Below are positions 45,218 through 56,800 of a stretch of DNA of 64,000 bases, in pieces (positions within the stretch are counted from its first letter, which is position 1; each line of letters starts with the position of its first letter). The stretch is from Candidatus Poseidoniales archaeon. GTDB taxonomy: Archaea; Thermoplasmatota; Poseidoniia; Poseidoniales; Poseidoniaceae. Made by a program: the position numbers and the translations under genes. The notes beneath the pieces were generated by a model, which saw only the letters and a program-made list of their open reading frames with translations, was not told the origin of the DNA and ran no database searches. Location of the stretch: the NCBI GenBank assembly GCA_003602575.1, contig QQRY01000001.1, positions 6,856-70,855 on the forward strand. The letters are read 5' to 3'.

Positions 45218-46588
45218 TCAGAAAGACTTTCCTACAATTGATTCTATTTCAGCAATCGTTTTTGGGCATGATGAGGTTAGTACATCAGGCCCAGATTCTG
45301 TAATTAGAACATCGTCCTCAATACGGATGCCGATATTTGAATACCTTTCAGGACAATCCACGTCCGGTCTCCAAGAACCAAAATACAAACCTGGCTCAAC
45401 TGTCAAGCACATACCTGACTCAAATAATCTAGGCTCACCGTTCGGTTTGTAAATTCCAACATCATGTACATCAAGTCCTATCCAATGGCTGGTATTATGC
45501 ATATACCAATTTTTTAATTGTCCATTTTCATTATCTAGAGATTCTTCAAGATTCTGAGTAATTACTCCTAACTTGATTAGTCCTTCAGCGAGAACTCTTC
45601 TAGCAGCTTCATGCGGTGCATTAAATGGATTGCCTACTTTACACTCTGCAATTGCCGCTTCTTGTGAATCTAAAACTAATTGGTAGAGTTCTTTTTGAGC
45701 ATCTGTAAATTTTCCATTAATAGGCCAAGAACGCGTTATATCAGAAGCATAGCCACGGAACTCAGAGCCAGCATCAATTAGAATTATTTCATCGTCTCCG
45801 CACGGCGAATTATTTTCTTTATAATGCAATATCGTAGCATTCTCTCCACAACCAACTATCGAGGGATAAGCCCATCCGGAAGTCCCAGCAAATACAAAAA
45901 ACCCTTCAATAATTGCTTGAATTTGGTTTTCGGTACGTCCTGACATAGATGAACGCATTGCAGCCTCATGTGCTATACTTGAGATAATACTGGCATGTCG
46001 CATCTGTTCAATTTCTGCAGGAGATTTCCTCAAACGTAACTCTGCAATTTTTGCACTTGGGTCTTCAATTCCAACCGGTCCACTACCGTTCATTTGTCTA
46101 GCCCTACCTCTAAGCTGGATTGCATCAGTAACTATTGAATCTATCTCATTACGAATTCCTGTTTGATGATGAACTTTTGAACACCTAGAAATGGCATCAC
46201 CAAGTCGACTTCTCAAATCGCCTATGGGGTAGGCAAAGTCGACTGCCCAGTCCTTAAGTGCCCCTTCGACTCCTGGCCTTCGACCTTCCCAAATTTCCTT
46301 TAGAGTGTCTTTAGGTTGAACAAATAGAGTTACTTTCCAAACACCATCGATGCATTCAGCAAACATTACAGATTCAGGTTCATACCAACCTGTAAGATAG
46401 ATCATATCACTTTGTGAACGATAAGGATGATGAACATCGTTAGAATGTATAGTCTCTGGTGAAGAGCATAGTATGACAATTTCATCACTACCTATTTGAG
46501 AAAATAGACGGCTTTGTCTAGAGCGAAATTCATCAATAGAAATAGGGGGTGGAGCGGAACCAACTAGAGCCCTAGCATCATCGAACAT
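45218..46588 (-). CDS. pepP: Xaa-Pro aminopeptidase (M24B)
   Basis: LRLRKSPAEI, LHY, IDAG.E..GYASDITR, HWIGLDVHDVG, TVEPGLY, GIRIEDD. Confidence 0.92.
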   Translation of the reverse strand: MFDDARALVGSAPPPISIDEFRSRQSRLFSQIGSDEIVILCSSPETIHSNDVHHPYRSQSDMIYLTGWYEPESVMFAECIDGVWKVTLFVQPKDTLKEIWEGRRPGVEGALKDWAVDFAYPIGDLRSRLGDAISRCSKVHHQTGIRNEIDSIVTDAIQLRGRARQMNGSGPVGIEDPSAKIAELRLRKSPAEIEQMRHASIISSIAHEAAMRSSMSGRTENQIQAIIEGFFVFAGTSGWAYPSIVGCGENATILHYKENNSPCGDDEIILIDAGSEFRGYASDITRSWPINGKFTDAQKELYQLVLDSQEAAIAECKVGNPFNAPHEAARRVLAEGLIKLGVITQNLEESLDNENGQLKNWYMHNTSHWIGLDVHDVGIYKPNGEPRLFESGMCLTVEPGLYFGSWRPDVDCPERYSNIGIRIEDDVLITESGPDVLTSSCPKTIAEIESIVGKSF

Positions 46589-46642
46589 AATACCACCAAA
46601 ACACCATTACTCTTGAATAATTCCTTTATAATTCACAAAAAA

Positions 46643-48145
46643 TCAATTCTTTGGTTTCCATTTAGGTAATTCGATAGTTTTTCTGGAACCCCTCATTAGG
46701 AGGAGAATCAAAAAAGCAAAGGCTACCAAAAAACCAATACCGAAACCAACAAACATTATTGCCTTTGATGATGAACTATCATCTACCACTGGCATCACCG
46801 AAAGAGAAAAAGTTAGACTCTCAGAATCCATATCATCGTCATAAACTGTTAACATAATTTCATTATTTGAGTTGATTGTAATATCATCTTCCGATAAAAC
46901 TGGGCCTGATTTATTTAATTTAACGCCATCTAAATACCATTCATATTCAAGGTAATCAATGTCGTTTATTGTATCGAAACTAGTAGATGCATTCAGTGAC
47001 CAAGCTGAACCTGGAGATACGTAAATTTGATCTCCATTAGAAATGAACAACCCATCGATGCTTAAATCTACAATTGGCACTACATTAAACACTAAAATAG
47101 AAATATTCTGTATGACAATAAAGTTCGCAGAATCACGAACTAAAAGTTGGACATCCCAATATCCTGATTCCTCAAGTACCAACTCAATAGTTGAATTGTG
47201 ATATGATTCTTCATCTAATAGACCCCTACTATTTCCATTCGGATCTGTAATTGTCCATGTCAGAGACATTTGGGAACCCACAAAGTAATCTTCGATATTC
47301 GCATAAACCAAAAAGGATTCTGACTCACGAACTTGAGACTTTGAGGTCAATTCGACAAATGGAGGATTAAGATCTAAAACTAGTCTAGAGGAGATAGTAT
47401 TAGAGTTGCGAAGATATTGGTCTTGAAGTGAAATGTCAAATAGCCAATATCCATCATCAATAGACTTTTCATCTTGGTCTATGAACACTGTCAAGTAATC
47501 TCCATCATATGTGAAATTTAAGTCAATTGATTTAGGACTATCGAGACAAACATTCGAAGGAGCTTGACAATAACTCGATATGATACTCATATCTTGACTT
47601 AGTATACCAATATTATTGACTTGATTGTTAGCAGGGGTTACTAATTTGAAGGTAACAGAGTTATTTGCTTGATCGATTTTATCATTACTTACACTATCTG
47701 GGACAATATATGGATTGTGATTATTAATGCCCAAATAAATAATTAAATCTGAGGAATATTTGACCCCACTATTAGAAATAGAAGAAATTATCAATTTACA
47801 AGTGCAGTTTAAACTAGACACATTAACATTCAAATTCCATTTCCAAAGACCTTCTTGAACGGGTATTATGGTGTTGAAATAACTCCCAAAGAGCAACTGT
47901 TTGGGAGTATCATTAGCGCCTAGATCGAATAAATCAACAATTAACCATGAATAATTATTTCCATCAAAATTCATAGTTCCATTCAAATCTACTGAGTGAA
48001 GGAAATGACTACCGTGTAAGTCATCGAATTCAATGAAACTAGTATCAGGAGAATTAGATATTTCGGCCTCAGTATTTGGAACTAAGTATGAGATAAAAAG
48101 CAAACATACGATGAGGACCGCCTTAGCAGCTAAACCTCTCACCAT
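46643..48145 (-). CDS. Secreted Ig/PKD-like domain protein with C-terminal TM anchor
   Basis: Signal peptide; G.W.V.L.V.D and LNASTSFD....LEYEW.LDG..LTVYDD PKD-like modules; C-terminal TM and basic tail. Confidence 0.65.
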   Translation of the reverse strand: MVRGLAAKAVLIVCLLFISYLVPNTEAEISNSPDTSFIEFDDLHGSHFLHSVDLNGTMNFDGNNYSWLIVDLFDLGANDTPKQLLFGSYFNTIIPVQEGLWKWNLNVNVSSLNCTCKLIISSISNSGVKYSSDLIIYLGINNHNPYIVPDSVSNDKIDQANNSVTFKLVTPANNQVNNIGILSQDMSIISSYCQAPSNVCLDSPKSIDLNFTYDGDYLTVFIDQDEKSIDDGYWLFDISLQDQYLRNSNTISSRLVLDLNPPFVELTSKSQVRESESFLVYANIEDYFVGSQMSLTWTITDPNGNSRGLLDEESYHNSTIELVLEESGYWDVQLLVRDSANFIVIQNISILVFNVVPIVDLSIDGLFISNGDQIYVSPGSAWSLNASTSFDTINDIDYLEYEWYLDGVKLNKSGPVLSEDDITINSNNEIMLTVYDDDMDSESLTFSLSVMPVVDDSSSSKAIMFVGFGIGFLVAFAFLILLLMRGSRKTIELPKWKPKN

Positions 48146-48201
48146 GAAGTTCTGTTTTCCTTTTGTTTCATCAAGTTTGGCACGACATGTGCCGTCTCAA
48201 A

Positions 48202-51200
48202 TCATTCGAATGGATCGCACAGTTCGCCTTGACCAGGGAAACTATTGGGGTCCCTAGGGCTTGTATCCCACTTATACTCACAGTAGTTTACATGACCATC
48301 GCCATCAGTATCAAACATACGGTCAGCAGGATCAAATGGGTCAAACGAGAAGTGATATTCCCATCCAGTTGCCATTCCATCTTCATCGTGATCTTGGAAG
48401 TAAACTTCAGGACCATCAGTCCATAGATCCCCATCAGTATCATTGGAAACAGGATTTGTGTTATTTTCCATCTCTTCGAAATTGGTGTAGTTTGCCAAGT
48501 TATCATAGAATCTCTTACCATCTGGAGTATCTGGGTCGATATGACATTCAGAACTTGTAGAATCATTGTATCCTGGACAATATCTCTTTATCAAGCCTGT
48601 TTGATTGAGACCATCCTCATCAGGGTCTTCTAAGCCATCAGGTATACCATCCAAATCACTATCATACATTGACGGATCTAATACACCTCTAGCACCATAT
48701 GCATCAAGTGTACCATTATCAACAAGTCCACTTTCTATGGCATACTGAGAATATTTAACTTCCCATCCATCAAATAGTAAGTCCCCATCTGAATCACGGT
48801 CAACTGGATTAGTATTCCATTTATCTGGAGCTTCAGCACTGTTCATCAAAGTATCATTATCGATATCATAGACATTATCTGCCAACTTGCTAATATAGGA
48901 TTCATTAGAAGGGTCTAGAGCCCATCTACCATTACATCCATCACATAATGGATTAGCAGGTACATTAAACCCTGATAGATTCATTTCATAAACTTCAAAC
49001 TTCTTTTGCTGTACAAAACCACCAAGAGAATTTTGCCAAACATAACCACCTGGTTCTTTAGTACATGAATTACTACCAGTGTTCTCACAGTTCGGCAAGT
49101 TCCATGAAGAAGTAGCAACCCACAGGCTGTGTGAATTAGTATTATCTTCTTGAGATTTAACCTGCATCTCCCATCCATCTAACATGCCATCAAAATCGGT
49201 GTCATTCAATAATGGGTGCGTACGTTCTTGGAATGGTCTAGGAATAAATAGAACTTCACTACCATCCTTGAGTCCATCGCCATCAGTATCAGAGTTGTTA
49301 GCGTGAGTCAAAAATTGATCTTTTCCAGGAATTACTTCTTCCCCATCTTCAAGTCCATCGTTATCGGTGTCAAACATGCACGCGTTAGTGGTATATGCTT
49401 CGCCACCACCTGTCAATGGCCATACAAGAGTACCGCCACCACCTGTAGCTTCGAATTGATCACTCAATCCATCACCATCGGTGTCAGGATTCGAGGCATT
49501 GGAGCCACTGTCACAAAGTGAAGAGTACTCAGTGTAATCAGATAGCCCGTCTTCATCAGTGTCAAACAATCCTGGGTCCGATACAACGTGTGTCAACTCA
49601 ACACCGCGATTGACAACTAATATATCCCAACCAAATACTTCAATTCCATCCTTTAATCCATCACCATCAGTATCAGGATTCATAGGGTCTGTGGAACGCC
49701 CAATAATCGGACTGGGGATGTTTGTACCATCCAAAAATGGCTCGTTACCTTGATATCTTGCTTCATATTCATCCTCATTAGTAAACATTTCATCTTGTTC
49801 GACTATTTCCATCCATGAAGTAAGTCGAGATGTGATGATTTGGTCCTCTTGGACAAATATGGAATAAACAAAACCCTCGGACTTAGCTTTCAAGTATACG
49901 AATTCAGTATTTCCACCTGCCAAAATTATTTCTCCCCTAGCAACTGTTTCATTCTCTTGAACTGCTTGATCGATCTCCACATAAATATCTACAACTCTAG
50001 TATCAAGAACTAAGTCATCATAAGTTACTGCTCCATCACCATCTCTATCCCAACCATCTTTGTCAGGATCTAATTTGCCATTATCACCATCTCTTGGATT
50101 TAGGCCATTATTTGTCTCCCAACCATCGGGCATACTATCATCATCAGTATCAACACTCCATGGTGATGTGAAATTTTTAGGACCAAAAATAGTAGCAGAT
50201 TGATATTCTTCTAAGTTATTTAGATCATCTGTATCCCAATCATAGAAACCATCAGTAGGGTCACTAGGATTCAATAATTCGGTAATATTTCCGCTTGGCG
50301 AATCGACAAGATGAGAATAACAGTATTCGAAACCATCAGGCATACCGTCTCCATCGGTGTCCCAATCTGAAGGACCGTTGAGAAGGCCATCTCCATCATC
50401 ATCCAAGTAGAACCAGCTAGCATTCTTAGTCATGAATGGTGCATCACGGGTTATTGCAAACTCTAAATCTTCATTACAATTATCTCCAGTTCCAATCATT
50501 AAATTATCAATAACAGAATTAGAGACTTCATCAATATCATTCAATAAATCAAAGTCTGAATCCTTTAGAAGAGGGTTAGTACCGTATATTTCCTCTTGGA
50601 AATTTGAAAGACCATCAGAGTCGGAATCCAGTACAGCGTCACAAGAATGTGAGCCCACTGAATTTCCAAGTTCTTGCCACGTAGGTGTGAAATCGTCAGT
50701 GTTAAATTTCTCAGTTAACGCTAATTCTAAGTCAATAGTTAGTAATTGACAGTCCCAATTTCCGCTTAGAGGATCAAAGAGGGTAATTGTTCCTCCAGTA
50801 ACTTCAATAGTGGTTGTATAGAGTGATTCCCAACGGTCGTTTAATCCATCGTTATCTGTGTCAGAACGTTGAGGGTCAGTAGAAAGATTTTGCTCGACTT
50901 GATTAGTCAATCCATCATTATCAGGGTCTCCATTAGGACCTTGATTAGGGTCTGGCCATGATTCGGTTTCATTTTCTTGGTTAGCATTACCTGTATCTGC
51001 TTCGCCTGGGTCCTGTTCAAGAGGATCTGCCTCTCCATTATCTAGCGGATTTAGTCCATGTTCAACTTCCCAACCATCATCCATTCCATCACCATCTGTA
51101 TCGGGATCAAGTGGATTTGTACCGAATTGAGTTTCCTCCAAAGTATCTGCTAATCCATCATTATCTGAGTCCAATGCTTCACTAGAAACACTTCCCTCGC

Positions 51201-51345
51201 CTTGAATATCCTCTTCGGATGCGCTATCAAAATTACCTAGTGATTCACTAGTTTGCAGATATCCTGTAAAACCTACGAAAAACGAGCCAAAAATTAATGT
51301 CGAAACGATTGCAACATATGCCATTTGATTGTGATTTAGAGCCAT
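48202..51345 (-). CDS. Membrane-anchored acidic Ca-binding repeat protein
   Basis: N-terminal TM; more than 15 P...DTD.DG..DG.E type repeats. Confidence 0.8.
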   Translation of the reverse strand: MALNHNQMAYVAIVSTLIFGSFFVGFTGYLQTSESLGNFDSASEEDIQGEGSVSSEALDSDNDGLADTLEETQFGTNPLDPDTDGDGMDDGWEVEHGLNPLDNGEADPLEQDPGEADTGNANQENETESWPDPNQGPNGDPDNDGLTNQVEQNLSTDPQRSDTDNDGLNDRWESLYTTTIEVTGGTITLFDPLSGNWDCQLLTIDLELALTEKFNTDDFTPTWQELGNSVGSHSCDAVLDSDSDGLSNFQEEIYGTNPLLKDSDFDLLNDIDEVSNSVIDNLMIGTGDNCNEDLEFAITRDAPFMTKNASWFYLDDDGDGLLNGPSDWDTDGDGMPDGFEYCYSHLVDSPSGNITELLNPSDPTDGFYDWDTDDLNNLEEYQSATIFGPKNFTSPWSVDTDDDSMPDGWETNNGLNPRDGDNGKLDPDKDGWDRDGDGAVTYDDLVLDTRVVDIYVEIDQAVQENETVARGEIILAGGNTEFVYLKAKSEGFVYSIFVQEDQIITSRLTSWMEIVEQDEMFTNEDEYEARYQGNEPFLDGTNIPSPIIGRSTDPMNPDTDGDGLKDGIEVFGWDILVVNRGVELTHVVSDPGLFDTDEDGLSDYTEYSSLCDSGSNASNPDTDGDGLSDQFEATGGGGTLVWPLTGGGEAYTTNACMFDTDNDGLEDGEEVIPGKDQFLTHANNSDTDGDGLKDGSEVLFIPRPFQERTHPLLNDTDFDGMLDGWEMQVKSQEDNTNSHSLWVATSSWNLPNCENTGSNSCTKEPGGYVWQNSLGGFVQQKKFEVYEMNLSGFNVPANPLCDGCNGRWALDPSNESYISKLADNVYDIDNDTLMNSAEAPDKWNTNPVDRDSDGDLLFDGWEVKYSQYAIESGLVDNGTLDAYGARGVLDPSMYDSDLDGIPDGLEDPDEDGLNQTGLIKRYCPGYNDSTSSECHIDPDTPDGKRFYDNLANYTNFEEMENNTNPVSNDTDGDLWTDGPEVYFQDHDEDGMATGWEYHFSFDPFDPADRMFDTDGDGHVNYCEYKWDTSPRDPNSFPGQGELCDPFE

Positions 51346-51437
51346 TCTTTACACCCGCGTTACTACCGCAAGGTAAACGACTCAATGCTTCGGTTATAGA
51401 CCTTAACCATTAATGCGTATTTTTCTTGACCAAAAAA

Positions 51438-52502
51438 TTAGGCATATTCTAACAATGATTCAATTAAGATTTCAATATTATCTCCGTTAAATAATAGTGA
51501 TACTTTAGGTTTCTTGCCATGAGAACGTTCCCAAATACCCATTATTTGGCCGATGAAAAATGGCAGAATTTCATTTAACTGATATATGATTCTTATAGAA
51601 TTAGTATTTGATTCAACTGATAAATCCGAAGGATGACCCCAACCCCACTGCTTGCAATAATGAGAAATGACATTATCCCATGAATCTGCTGATTCAGCAA
51701 AAACATGTTTATCTGAGTTCAAAAATAATAGATAAGAAGAATATGATGCTAGTATCAATGGTTTGACAAATCTACCATCAATTCCAACAACATTCCAAGA
51801 CTGTATAATCTCTGCTCCCAGTGCAGTCTTTGCACCCAAAGTCGAATAGAATAATCTAGAGAACATCGACACAGGTAATACTACCATTGGTTCGCCATCT
51901 ACCGACCAACCCAAGTCTCTAGATTCAAGGGCAAAATCTACAGGTTTATTTGCAAATAATTCTTCTTTACTGACCCATGGCAACTCAGTGTGCCTTTTAG
52001 CAATTGGTAACTCATTGGGGTCTAAATTAAGTTCGAGCATTATTTCAGTCTGGCTAATTTGCTTCCACTCAGATTTATATCTGAAATTATTGAAACTTTC
52101 AATACCTGCTACAGCAAAACCAGATGCAATACTCGAGGGTAGTTTTGTAATGATTCGCTTTGATTCAACTTTCAATTCTCCCCAACCAAAAAGATGCCAA
52201 CGATTTGAGAGCCTTCTTAGGTTTCCTGATTTTTTGAACCAGCCAGTCTTAACGAGTTCAGAGGTATGTATTTGAAACTCCTCTTCATCACAGCAACTAT
52301 TGAATAATTTCCTTCCAAATGGAATCGCTAAATTTGTTTCGAAGATACCCCACCATCTTTCAATATCAGAAATACTCCACACCATCCAGTTTCGATTGTA
52401 TGAATCCTTAATCAAACCTTCATCTGTAATTGAAAAATAATCTTTAAATTCTCGCGTCAAATCTGCGTCAATCAAAGATTCACCTGAATCAATTAAGGGC
52501 AT
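51438..52502 (-). CDS. Hypothetical protein with two V4R-like halves
   Basis: Internal duplication (WHLFGWG...GFAVAGIE / CKQWGWG...GQIMGIWE); starts 9 nt after the glyA stop. Confidence 0.55.
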   Translation of the reverse strand: MPLIDSGESLIDADLTREFKDYFSITDEGLIKDSYNRNWMVWSISDIERWWGIFETNLAIPFGRKLFNSCCDEEEFQIHTSELVKTGWFKKSGNLRRLSNRWHLFGWGELKVESKRIITKLPSSIASGFAVAGIESFNNFRYKSEWKQISQTEIMLELNLDPNELPIAKRHTELPWVSKEELFANKPVDFALESRDLGWSVDGEPMVVLPVSMFSRLFYSTLGAKTALGAEIIQSWNVVGIDGRFVKPLILASYSSYLLFLNSDKHVFAESADSWDNVISHYCKQWGWGHPSDLSVESNTNSIRIIYQLNEILPFFIGQIMGIWERSHGKKPKVSLLFNGDNIEILIESLLEYA

Positions 52503-52511
52503 TCTTAAAAC

Positions 52512-53825
52512 CTACAATGGATACCCTGATTGGTTAGATTCATTGAAACAGTAACGAATAACTTGGAAATCTGATTTTAGAGTTTTTACATCTTGTTTAA
52601 CAGCACTTGGATCTTCATTTTTTAGTAATACTCTAGCGTAAAGTGATGCGACTTCTTGCATCTCATTAGCACCCATCCCAACTCTAGTTAACTCTTGTAC
52701 ACCAAGCCTGAGGCCGGAAGGAGATAATGCCTTAGTATCACCTGGAAGCATATTCATGTTGGTAATAATGCCTGCCTGTTCTAGTAAGTCTGCAGCTTTT
52801 GCACCCGCACCCGAGTCTTTCTCTCCATGCCTTGTCAACACCTGATGAGATGCTGTATAGTTACGACTCTCAGCAAGAACGTCAAAACCTTCTGCTGCCA
52901 AGGCCTGAGCAAAGGTTTGAGCATTCTTTACAATATTCTCTGCATAAGACTGCCCATATTCTTCAAATTCAGCCAATGCAACTACTTTACCGGCAACATG
53001 GTGCAAGTGATATGATGAACAAACTCCTGGGAAAATAGCATTATTCAGTTTCTTATGCATTTTTTCATCTTCACTCGATGATAGTAGAAATCCTCCTTGA
53101 GGACCTGGGAACGTCTTATGAGATGAGCCAGTCATTACATCTGCACCTTCTCGAAGAGGGTCTTGAAAAACACCTCCAGCTATTAATCCCAATACATGTG
53201 CTCCATCATACATAACTGTAGAATCAACCTCATGGGCTGCATCTGCTATTTCTCTAAGAGGGGTCGGGAATAAAAACACGGACTGACCAATTAGCGATAC
53301 TTTAGGCTTAATATCTCGAATAAGTGCACATGCACCATCAATATCAGGTTCCATACGTTCTTCATTCCATGGATAGGTTGAAAGATCGAGGTCCCGCAAA
53401 CCGACTGCACCCATTCTAGCATGGGATATGTGACCACCGTCTGCTGTTGATACCGCTGTTATTTTATCGCCTGGTTTCGCTAAGGCTTTCAAAGCGGCAA
53501 TATTTGAAACGGTCCCAGATGTTGATTGGATATTAGCGAAAGGAGCCCCAAATACTGATTTTGCAAGTTCAATCCCTAAACTTTCAATTGTGTCAAAATC
53601 ATCACAACCTTGGTAGTATCTCCGCCCAGGCAATCCTTCAGCATATCTTCCATGTAAATCACTAGCTACAATTTTTTGTACCATTGGGGATACGATGTTT
53701 TCGGATGCTATCATACCTAGTCCATTGCGGTAAAGTTTACCACTCGATGCTGTTGCGTCAAGTACTTTTTGTGCCTTCGAAAAGGTTGATTCACTTGGAG
53801 TCCATGAACCGTCATCTCTGCTCAT
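52512..53825 (-). CDS. glyA: Serine hydroxymethyltransferase
   Basis: IASEN, YAEG...RYYQGC, GGHISH, YDGAHVLGLIAGG, SSHKTFPGPQGG, SGLRLG. Confidence 0.96.
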   Translation of the reverse strand: MSRDDGSWTPSESTFSKAQKVLDATASSGKLYRNGLGMIASENIVSPMVQKIVASDLHGRYAEGLPGRRYYQGCDDFDTIESLGIELAKSVFGAPFANIQSTSGTVSNIAALKALAKPGDKITAVSTADGGHISHARMGAVGLRDLDLSTYPWNEERMEPDIDGACALIRDIKPKVSLIGQSVFLFPTPLREIADAAHEVDSTVMYDGAHVLGLIAGGVFQDPLREGADVMTGSSHKTFPGPQGGFLLSSSEDEKMHKKLNNAIFPGVCSSYHLHHVAGKVVALAEFEEYGQSYAENIVKNAQTFAQALAAEGFDVLAESRNYTASHQVLTRHGEKDSGAGAKAADLLEQAGIITNMNMLPGDTKALSPSGLRLGVQELTRVGMGANEMQEVASLYARVLLKNEDPSAVKQDVKTLKSDFQVIRYCFNESNQSGYPL

Positions 53826-53869
53826 GATTTAGCGTCAGTGAATACGGTCTTTGAATACATTGATTGATT

Positions 53870-56800
53870 TCAAACAGGTGGTCTTCTGTTTTTACCACCA
53901 TAACCGGGTAGATTTTTAGAATTACCAACTCTAACATTAGGCTTATTTTTTGGTAATTTGGATTTACGTTCCGATTTACGAGTGTTGGTGGGGATTCCCC
54001 TAGAACCTAAATCAACAGAATGAGCAGGACGAGGAGATGTTCTAACCATACCAGTTGGTCGACTATTTTTACCGGCCTTCCTATCTATGTACGAAGGTCT
54101 CCCTCTATATGCAACTGGACCTATCAATCTCTCCAATGCAGGAACTTCTGAGCCATCTTCCTTTGGCCTCTTTAACCACCAACCTTCCCCCAAAGGCTGA
54201 AGTCTTGGAGGTCTTGATTTTGATATCTTCTTACTTCTTCTTTTCAATCTAGCTCTAACGGTTTTGTCAGAATCTTTTGGAAGATGTTCGGTAAGCCATG
54301 CAGGAACTCCAATATCTAAAACAACTCCATTAACAGTCACCAATATTCCAGACAGCAATAGATGAGTACCTACTGGTATATTGGATTTGTCTGGAGCGAC
54401 CTTGAATCTCCGCATCCTCTTCGCATAAGCAACCATAGCTTTCTGGTCTCTATGCCTTATTTGTCGCCTCTGTTGCAATAATAATTTTCTTGAAGAGTAA
54501 TGGAGGAGTAATAATGTCACAGAGACTGCGGCTCCTTGAATTTCAGTTCTAATTGATGCAACGTAAATACCTAGAAGAATCCAAATTGGAATTAAAATCA
54601 AAATATTAGCGACAAATGTAAGTCGGCCCGATGAATATCTTGGTGGCATAGAACGCCTGGTTGCTTCATGCGCTGTAACTAGGACATTTGCATTAATGGC
54701 TTCATCCATTCCACCTTTAATTCCAAGTGCAGCTACAGAATTTACTGGAGCACTGTTAATCCATTTCTTCATCTTCTTGCCTTCTCCTGAAACTAAAGCA
54801 ACTTCGAACTCTTCTTCATCCATGGATTGTTGACCAAGTATTGAAGAAAGTGCTAACACTCTTGGATCTTGTGAATCACTTTCCAGAAGTTCTTTCTCAA
54901 TTGACCTCGCACTATGCCAATCACCCTTATCGATTAGACATAGGGCTGAAGCGATTCTTGGCCTAACTCCTGTAGGATCCTGTCTAACTAATCTTAATGA
55001 AATATCTAGAGCCTCGTCATGCATCCTTTGAGCGCGAAGTAGAGAGACCATGGATAACTGAGCAACTCGCGTCAATCTATCTTTGTGAATAACATCCAAA
55101 CTTTGTTTTGGATTCCAATTTCTAATCATTTGCATGGTGTTTTGAATATGGTCAATACATGAATTGTTCTCCCAATCCCAAAAATCATCCTCATCAACAT
55201 TTCCTTGCCATGGGTCTAACCATTCGCAAACAAAACTCAATAATTCTGGCTCATCATAACCCTCTGGTTGCTCTAGCCCGTGTAGTGCTTCTCTTGCAGC
55301 ATCAAGCCTTCTAGATGCCATATGCCCGACTGCAATCAACATTCGAGCAATATCGTCATCTCCACCAGACTGGGCTAGAACCTTTCTAGCCTCTTCAATC
55401 GCTAAAGGCCATAATCCTCTGATAGAGAGTTCCCACATTCTAGCTCTTGCTTTTTCGTGTCTAATCAAGGCTGGGTCTCCATCCAAAGAACGTCTCTGAA
55501 ATTGTATCAAGGAATCAAGATCTTCCTCAAGGGCAGCTTGGTCAACAAGGGTCCGCATCCAGTCACCGCCCGCAAGTCTAACCGCACCTTCTCTCCTCTC
55601 ATCTGGATTTAAATCGAATCGAAGTTTACGTAATGAAGAATATCTAATTATTGAAACCAACCAAGTTAAGAGGAAAACTGTTTGACCTACTGCTATAAAC
55701 ATCCAAGTGGTTAAAAGACGCATTCCCTCGTCAAAACCCCTAGATTCAATCCAATCTGTAAATGGCATCAAAGAGCCAAATTCTTTGTAACATACGAGGA
55801 CGAGTAATAGTACAGTATAACCGGAGAAGCCTGCAAAAGCGAATTTTAATTGTCGTGTTTGAGCACTAACCTCTGACCTAATTTCACGTGGTGTGTCGAG
55901 TGTAACTCCAAATACCCCGCCAAAGGTCTGACCTCCAAGTATTAAGTTACGAGTTAATTCAAATATGAAAGCAAGACCAACAATCGCAATATTCAATGAT
56001 AAATACAGAGAAAGGAATTGTGGCATACTCTTTATTATTTCCCACTCGAATAATATCTCAGAAATTATGTCGATACGTTCATACAATGAATGACCTATAA
56101 TACCCCCATAATTCAAAACTTCAGTTGAATTTGTGGGCTCATTAATTAATACATGAATTACAGTTACTATGCCATTCAAAGCAGTGAGAGGCATTGTCAA
56201 TAAGAATATTACAAGAATAAGAGAGAATAATCGGTTTAAAATTCCAGCTTTATCTGGATCGATTGGATTTTTACGGCCATTAGAAGTTCTCCACTTATTT
56301 ATTAGAAGCATATTCCATGAAGCCCCCATAATTCTTCCATAAGCAAAAATCGTTGGAGACATGAAAACAAGCATTGCGGCTGCAAGCCATACGGGTTCAA
56401 TAAATAAATCATCAGACTTACTCATACCATAGTATAGTACTGCCAAAGTAGATGTTACGAGAATTATTAGTGTGAATGACCTTCTAAAGAAAATTACTAA
56501 TTTACTTCCCGACAGACTCTTCTGTTTCTTACTAGTCAACTGGGCGTTCAATGTTTCCCAAGGAGAAATTAATATTGGAATCAAGATTAACAAACCAATG
56601 ATGTATAAATCTGGGCCGAAAAATGACTCTGGTTGAAAAATGAATTCTGCTATAAGAATTAATATCCCCGTCATACCCATCATGTATAATCCAACACCAT
56701 AACCCACAGAACCTTCACCCAAAAGTTCGCGAGCATCTGAAACATCTCTAGTAATTCTATGCACTTCATACAAATCATCATCTATCTCGAAAGCGACTTG

